This document shows positions 39,503-43,921 of a DNA stretch of 43,921 bases, in pieces (the first letter of the stretch is position 1; the number at the start of each line of letters is the position of its first letter). The notes beneath the pieces are model-generated. The model had not been told where the DNA came from and ran no database searches. It saw nothing but the letters and a program-made list of their open reading frames with translations. The DNA lies in NCBI GenBank assembly GCA_016934535.1, contig JAFGSQ010000004.1, positions 1 through 43,921 of the forward strand, given 5' to 3'. The stretch comes from a candidate division WOR-3 bacterium (GTDB lineage Bacteria; SDB-A). A program made the translations under genes and the position numbers.

Positions 39503-40467
39503 ACAACAGAAATGACAGAAAACTCGTTCTAAGAGAAGGAGGCATTTCAAAACGCCATGGATGGCCGTATCTGCTCGACATAGGCATGCACGTCGAAGCT
39601 GTGTTCGGCGAATTTACTGACGAGACGGACAAACATATCGACTCGTGCAGGGACTTGCTCGCTTTTAAAAAAAAGATTTTTCCTAAAATGATCAAAGAAG
39701 GAAACCTGCCAGTGACCCTTTCAAAAATTCTCGCGTATCAGACTCTTCATCACGTTATATACACCGAATTTGTAATAAATTTCACCAACGCGACACAGGA
39801 TCAGAAAAGTTTCGAAGACGTTATCACTTCATCTTATTACTCGCTGATGGAGGCGTCGGAAAGGACTGGCGGTTTTTTTTCAATAGTGCCCGAACTGGAC
39901 ACATCGGTCGAAGAAACTGTATTTTTAAGAGCTCTCGACTATGCTTGCGAAATTATGGATAAAGGCTGGATAAAAGGCTCGAGTTTAATTAGGAAAGGTG
40001 AATCATCAATAACTTCTTACGCCAAAAGGCTTTCAGAATCAGGACTTTTATTTGTTCTCGACTTCACGAGTAAAATCGAAAAAAGTAGATTTTTAGACGA
40101 AATACACATGGATGGAGTAAGAAGAATTCACTACAACGCCAGACTCGAAGATATTCTCGGAGATCTCAGGAAAAACAAAATAGCCGTTCAGATATCACCA
40201 GCGTCAGATCTCGCTTTTTTTTCGAATTTTTCCCTTGTCGATTATCCATTTGTCGAATACTTCAGAAAAGGGTACAAGACTGTAGTGTCGAGCGGTTATC
40301 CTGAACTGACAGACTCTTCGATAGAAAACGAGATAGTCCTCCTCAAATCCTCGTTCGGACTCTCGGTCGAAGAAATCACTTCCATCTCCAAACAAACCGC
40401 GAATTACGCTTTCTGCGGTAAAGGGGCTAAAGAATCCATACTTAATAAACTGAGTGAAATCAGTTAG
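39499..40467 (+). CDS. Adenosine deaminase-like protein, apparently lacking catalytic residues
   Basis: VIYTEF, GVRRIH, VQISPASDL and YPF..YFRKGYK.VVSSGYP...SSIENE resemble ADA segments, but HxH, HAGE and DD are absent. Confidence 0.6.
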   Translation: MNNRNDRKLVLREGGISKRHGWPYLLDIGMHVEAVFGEFTDETDKHIDSCRDLLAFKKKIFPKMIKEGNLPVTLSKILAYQTLHHVIYTEFVINFTNATQDQKSFEDVITSSYYSLMEASERTGGFFSIVPELDTSVEETVFLRALDYACEIMDKGWIKGSSLIRKGESSITSYAKRLSESGLLFVLDFTSKIEKSRFLDEIHMDGVRRIHYNARLEDILGDLRKNKIAVQISPASDLAFFSNFSLVDYPFVEYFRKGYKTVVSSGYPELTDSSIENEIVLLKSSFGLSVEEITSISKQTANYAFCGKGAKESILNKLSEIS

Positions 40468-41788
40468 ATATACCGACTGTCTCTCCTCGGCATGGCTTGC
40501 TCACGTCAAATTTCTTTGAAAATTCTGATTTGAGACTGTCGAGGGCTGATTCGTCGCCGTGTACGAGAATAAGTTTTGACGGAGATATTTTTTCCACAAG
40601 TTCTATCAACTGTGTTTTGTCGGAATGAGAAGTTATTCTGAAGGATTTTATATTCGGGTTCAGTTTTGCGGCGTGATCGCCTTTTCCGTCCAGTTCTACG
40701 ATTTCGCCGATTTCTGAATTTAATATTTTGTGAGCAGGCGATTCGGGATCGATGTATCCTACGAAGAAAATGGCGTTTTCCTCCCTCTGCATTATTCTTT
40801 TCGCGAGTTTGTACGAAGGCGTTCCAGGAACGGCCATTCCGCTCGTCATAAGGAAAATCGCCGGACCGTATTCGAGGATTTTGTCTAAAGAAGTGTTTCC
40901 TCTGAGGTCAATTTCCACCGCGCTGTTTGTCCTGAACGAACCTCCCAGAAATCTCGAATATATTCTTTTTATCCTCTTGCCGAGACCTGCCAGAACTATG
41001 GGGACATAGGGAATTTTACCTTCCGACATGAGTTTGTCGCAGATGCATAAAATTTCCTGCGTTTTTCCGAGAGCGAAAGTGGGGCATAGGACGGATTGTC
41101 TTTCGAGAAGAATTTTTGACAATTCTGAGGCGAATATTTTTATCTCTTTGTTCCGTCTCGACGCGGCGTCGCTCTCCAGACCAAGAGTGCCTTCCATGAT
41201 CATGACGTCAGGCTTCAATGATTCGATTTCAGCAGAGGGTACAGTCAGCTGATCGAAAAGAGATATGTCACCCGTATAAAGGACGGACAGTTTCGGAGAT
41301 TCGATGAAAAAAGACCTGGCTCCGAGTATATGTCCGGCCGGATACGCGAAGATATTTACGTTGCCTCTGAGCCTGAGGCATTGCGATTTATTGAAAGGTT
41401 TTATGGACTTTACGGCTTTTTTTGCTTCTTTTTCAGTGAAAAAAGGTTCGGGAGAATTTTCAGGATCTTCGTAATAGCGTCTTTCCTGAACAGACGCCGA
41501 GTCTTCAAGCATGAATCTGCTTATGGCTATAGTCGGCTTACTCGCGTAAAACTGGATTTGTCTGTAAAATAGAGGCAGGGAACCAATATGGTCGAGATGT
41601 GAATGGGTTATCAAACCGACGTCGGGATAAGATGAGAAAAAATCTACTGCCGGAAGAGCTTCACTGCCTGTCTTTTTAGGGTGCATGCCGCAGTCGAGGA
41701 GAATGCCGGTTCCGTTGAGGGAAAGAAGAAAACAACTTGCTCCTATTTCGTTTCCGCTTCCGAATACTTTTAAGTAATCATTATCCAT
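40460..41788 (-). CDS. Metallo-beta-lactamase / beta-CASP ribonuclease (CPSF/Ysh1-like)
   Basis: GSGNEIGASC, DCG, THSHLDH, AGHILG, YTGD, PTFALGKTQE, SGM, SHSD, LVHGD. Confidence 0.9.
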   Translation of the reverse strand: MDNDYLKVFGSGNEIGASCFLLSLNGTGILLDCGMHPKKTGSEALPAVDFFSSYPDVGLITHSHLDHIGSLPLFYRQIQFYASKPTIAISRFMLEDSASVQERRYYEDPENSPEPFFTEKEAKKAVKSIKPFNKSQCLRLRGNVNIFAYPAGHILGARSFFIESPKLSVLYTGDISLFDQLTVPSAEIESLKPDVMIMEGTLGLESDAASRRNKEIKIFASELSKILLERQSVLCPTFALGKTQEILCICDKLMSEGKIPYVPIVLAGLGKRIKRIYSRFLGGSFRTNSAVEIDLRGNTSLDKILEYGPAIFLMTSGMAVPGTPSYKLAKRIMQREENAIFFVGYIDPESPAHKILNSEIGEIVELDGKGDHAAKLNPNIKSFRITSHSDKTQLIELVEKISPSKLILVHGDESALDSLKSEFSKKFDVSKPCRGETVGISN

Positions 41789-41840
41789 GTTATTATTAAA
41801 AAGCCACGAGTTCAAAACATCAAGCTATTTTGGGAGGCAC

Positions 41841-43334
41841 ATGATAATTATAGCGGGTTCCGAATTGAGTAAGTCTGATCCGGATCTTCTTTTTGACGAA
41901 TCTAACATGCCCGGTTCCTGGTGCGATATCGTCTACATGCCGGAAACAAGTGAAGAGGTGGGTGAAGCGCTTAAAGCGTCCTCCGGAAAAGGTGTTCCCG
42001 TGACTGTTTCTTCAGCGAGGACAGGTCTGGTCGGCGGTGCCCTGCCTTTCGGCGGCGCCCTTTTGACGTTTGCCAAGATGAAAAAATCTATCGAATTCTT
42101 CACTGAAAAAAAAGAAATAAGAAGCCTTGTAAGCTCGCCCGTAACTTTGGATGAACTTCAAGTCTCCGCTGCGAAAGAAAACGCTTATTTTGTGCCTAAT
42201 CCGACGGAGAGCAGTGCTTCCATGGGAGGGATAATAGCCACGGACGCTTCCGGTTCGAGAAGTTTTAAATACGGCTCAGCAAAAAAATTCGTAACGGGGC
42301 TGAAAGGTTATTTTTTCGACGGTACTTTTTTCGACATAAAAAGAGGGCAACACGTTTTAAGCGACGATTTCGAAATGAACGTTCCGGGAAGAGGAATTAT
42401 TAAACTCGAAGGCAGTTTTCCGAGGAAAATGAGGAAGAACAACGTCGGCTACAATCTTTGGAGCAACGTTGATTTAATAGACGTTCTCTGCGGCAACGAA
42501 GGGACGCTCGCAGTAGTCACGGAAGCTGAAATTATTATGAGAAAAATACCCGATTTCGTATTTTCCGGCATGTTTTTTTTCGACGAAACACGAAAACTTC
42601 TCGATTTCATAAAAATTTTCGAAGCAAAAATGCCTGAGGTTTTGAGAAGCGTCGAATATCTGGATTCTTACTCAATTGAATTCTTGCGTAAATTTTACGC
42701 CGACAGAAAAGAACTGACGGCTTATCTACCCGTGTATAACTGCGATGTGCTGTTTGCGGACTTTGAGGCTTCAGATGAAGACACCGACCTGTTTTACGAA
42801 AAGCTTGAAGAGACGGCGTCAGAGACAGGTATTGACATGGACAAAGTGTTCGGCGGAGACACCAAAAAAGAGGCGGAGACAGTAAACAACATAAGGCATT
42901 CGCTTCCTGAAGCTGTAAATCACAGAATAAAAGAAATTAAAAGGGAACATCCCGAAATCCACAAGGTGGGATCAGACATGTCTGTACCACCCGACAAAAC
43001 AGAACGTCTTTTGAGTCTTTTCAAAGAGTCACTCGGCGGATCAGGCCTTCAATACCTCATTTTCGGCCACGTAGGCGACGGGCATCCTCATGTAAACGTG
43101 ATACCCAAAAATCCGGATGAACTTAAAAAAGCGAAAGCGATTTACTCTGAAATTGCTAAAGAAGTAGTGTCTATGGGAGGTTCACTCAGCGCGGAACACG
43201 GTCTCGGCAGACTTAAAAAAGACTACATGAAAATAATGTATGACGACAAAATTCTAAAAGACATGAAGCGGGTGAAAAAAGCTTTCGATCCTGAAAATCT
43301 TCTCGGCAGGGGAGTCCTTTTCGACGAGGTATAA
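41841..43334 (+). CDS. FAD-linked oxidoreductase (GlcD / D-lactate dehydrogenase family)
   Basis: RTGLVGGA.P, GG.IATDASG..SFKYG, GNEGTLAVVTE, FGHVGDGHPH, SAEHGLG, DP..LLG.G; GGGAGG SD. Confidence 0.9.
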   Translation: MIIIAGSELSKSDPDLLFDESNMPGSWCDIVYMPETSEEVGEALKASSGKGVPVTVSSARTGLVGGALPFGGALLTFAKMKKSIEFFTEKKEIRSLVSSPVTLDELQVSAAKENAYFVPNPTESSASMGGIIATDASGSRSFKYGSAKKFVTGLKGYFFDGTFFDIKRGQHVLSDDFEMNVPGRGIIKLEGSFPRKMRKNNVGYNLWSNVDLIDVLCGNEGTLAVVTEAEIIMRKIPDFVFSGMFFFDETRKLLDFIKIFEAKMPEVLRSVEYLDSYSIEFLRKFYADRKELTAYLPVYNCDVLFADFEASDEDTDLFYEKLEETASETGIDMDKVFGGDTKKEAETVNNIRHSLPEAVNHRIKEIKREHPEIHKVGSDMSVPPDKTERLLSLFKESLGGSGLQYLIFGHVGDGHPHVNVIPKNPDELKKAKAIYSEIAKEVVSMGGSLSAEHGLGRLKKDYMKIMYDDKILKDMKRVKKAFDPENLLGRGVLFDEV

Positions 43335-43685
43335 AGCGAGAAGGAGATAAGCCGGATTCTGTTTATGCGGCCATCGATCTGGGACAGACGTTGCCGTCTG
43401 CCTCGAGCTGCCTACCCGAGAGTCTGGCGAAACGAGCAGTTTCTTCTCTCCTACTCGGCATTGCACCGGATGAGGTTTACTCAGCATCCCCGGTTGCCCG
43501 GAAATCTGGTGCGCTCTTACCGCACCTTTTCACCCTTGCCTGAGCCTTGCGGCCATCGGCGGTTTTTTTCTGTCGCACTTTCTGTAAGCTCGCGCTTCCT
43601 GGGCGTTACCCAGCATCCCGCTCTGCGGTGTCCGGACTTTCCTCCGGTTATTTCTCATAACCGGCGGCCGCTTCTCCTTCTCGCT
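43335..43685 (-). ncRNA. rnpB: RNase P RNA, bacterial type A
   Basis: Minus strand has GAGGAAAGTCCGG, GAAAGTGCGACAG, GGTAAGAGCGCACC and ACAGAATCCGGCTTA; 12 bp P1 helix AGCGAGAAGGAG/CTCCTTCTCGCT. Confidence 0.96.
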
Positions 43686-43728
43686 GTCTCAATTATACTT
43701 TTTCCGGATAAAAAATGTATAATCTTTC

Positions 43729-43757
43729 TTGACAGAACGGAATATAAAATATAATTT
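43729..43757 (+). promoter_or_regulatory. Putative sigma70 promoter for the tRNA pair
   Basis: TTGACA at 43729 with overlapping TATAAT/TAATTT at 15/17 bp spacing, just upstream of tRNA-Arg. Confidence 0.55.
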
Positions 43758-43770
43758 AGTTTTCTATTAC

Positions 43771-43844
<74 letters not shown>

Positions 43845-43852
43845 AATACTAT

Positions 43853-43921
43853 GGTGGGTGTAGCTCAACTGGTTAGAGCACTGGATTGTGGTTCCAGGGG
43901 TTGGGGGTTCAAGTCCCCTCA
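43853..43921 (+). tRNA. tRNA-His, anticodon GTG (3' end cut by the window edge)
   Basis: G-1 followed by GTGGGTG, anticodon arm CTGGA-TTGTGGT-TCCAG, T-arm GGGGG-TTCAAGT-CCCCT. Confidence 0.93.

Noticed and set aside
40460-41788. MBL protein as a beta-lactamase or defence nuclease
   Set aside because: Has the full beta-CASP motif set of housekeeping CPSF-like ribonucleases and no defence-gene neighbours.
43365-43754. 129 aa plus-strand ORF (and the 43254-43487 minus-strand ORF)
   Set aside because: Shadow ORFs over the RNase P RNA gene.

Overview
A gene-dense 43.9 kb chromosomal segment from an anaerobic diderm bacterium. The PorU/PorV-like genes and the overall gene content suggest the FCB group or a relative such as WOR-3, but this is inference only. 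The window is bounded by tRNA-fMet on the left and by RNase P RNA, tRNA-Arg(TCT) and a truncated tRNA-His(GTG) on the right. It contains fermentative and central metabolism genes (iorAB, ppdK, buk, rocD, glgC, ugd, mtnA, a FAD-linked oxidoreductase), tyrS, a truB-ribF-rpsO-pnp-M16 peptidase-aminotransferase-dut run, a type IX secretion-like porU-porV pair plus a second PorV-like paralogue, and an HtrA protease. No mobile elements or CRISPR arrays were seen. The most unusual items are: (1) an overlapping-gene envelope cluster with actinobacterial PatA/PimA-like (phosphatidylinositol-mannoside-type) genes joined to a GT9, a polysaccharide deacetylase, a UbiA prenyltransferase and an adenosine-deaminase-like protein lacking catalytic residues; (2) PPDK carrying a ~135 aa histone-H1/Hc2-like basic tail; (3) a nitrilase-family amidase fused to cytidine deaminase; (4) dut, and probably a second gene, apparently needing non-canonical start codons.
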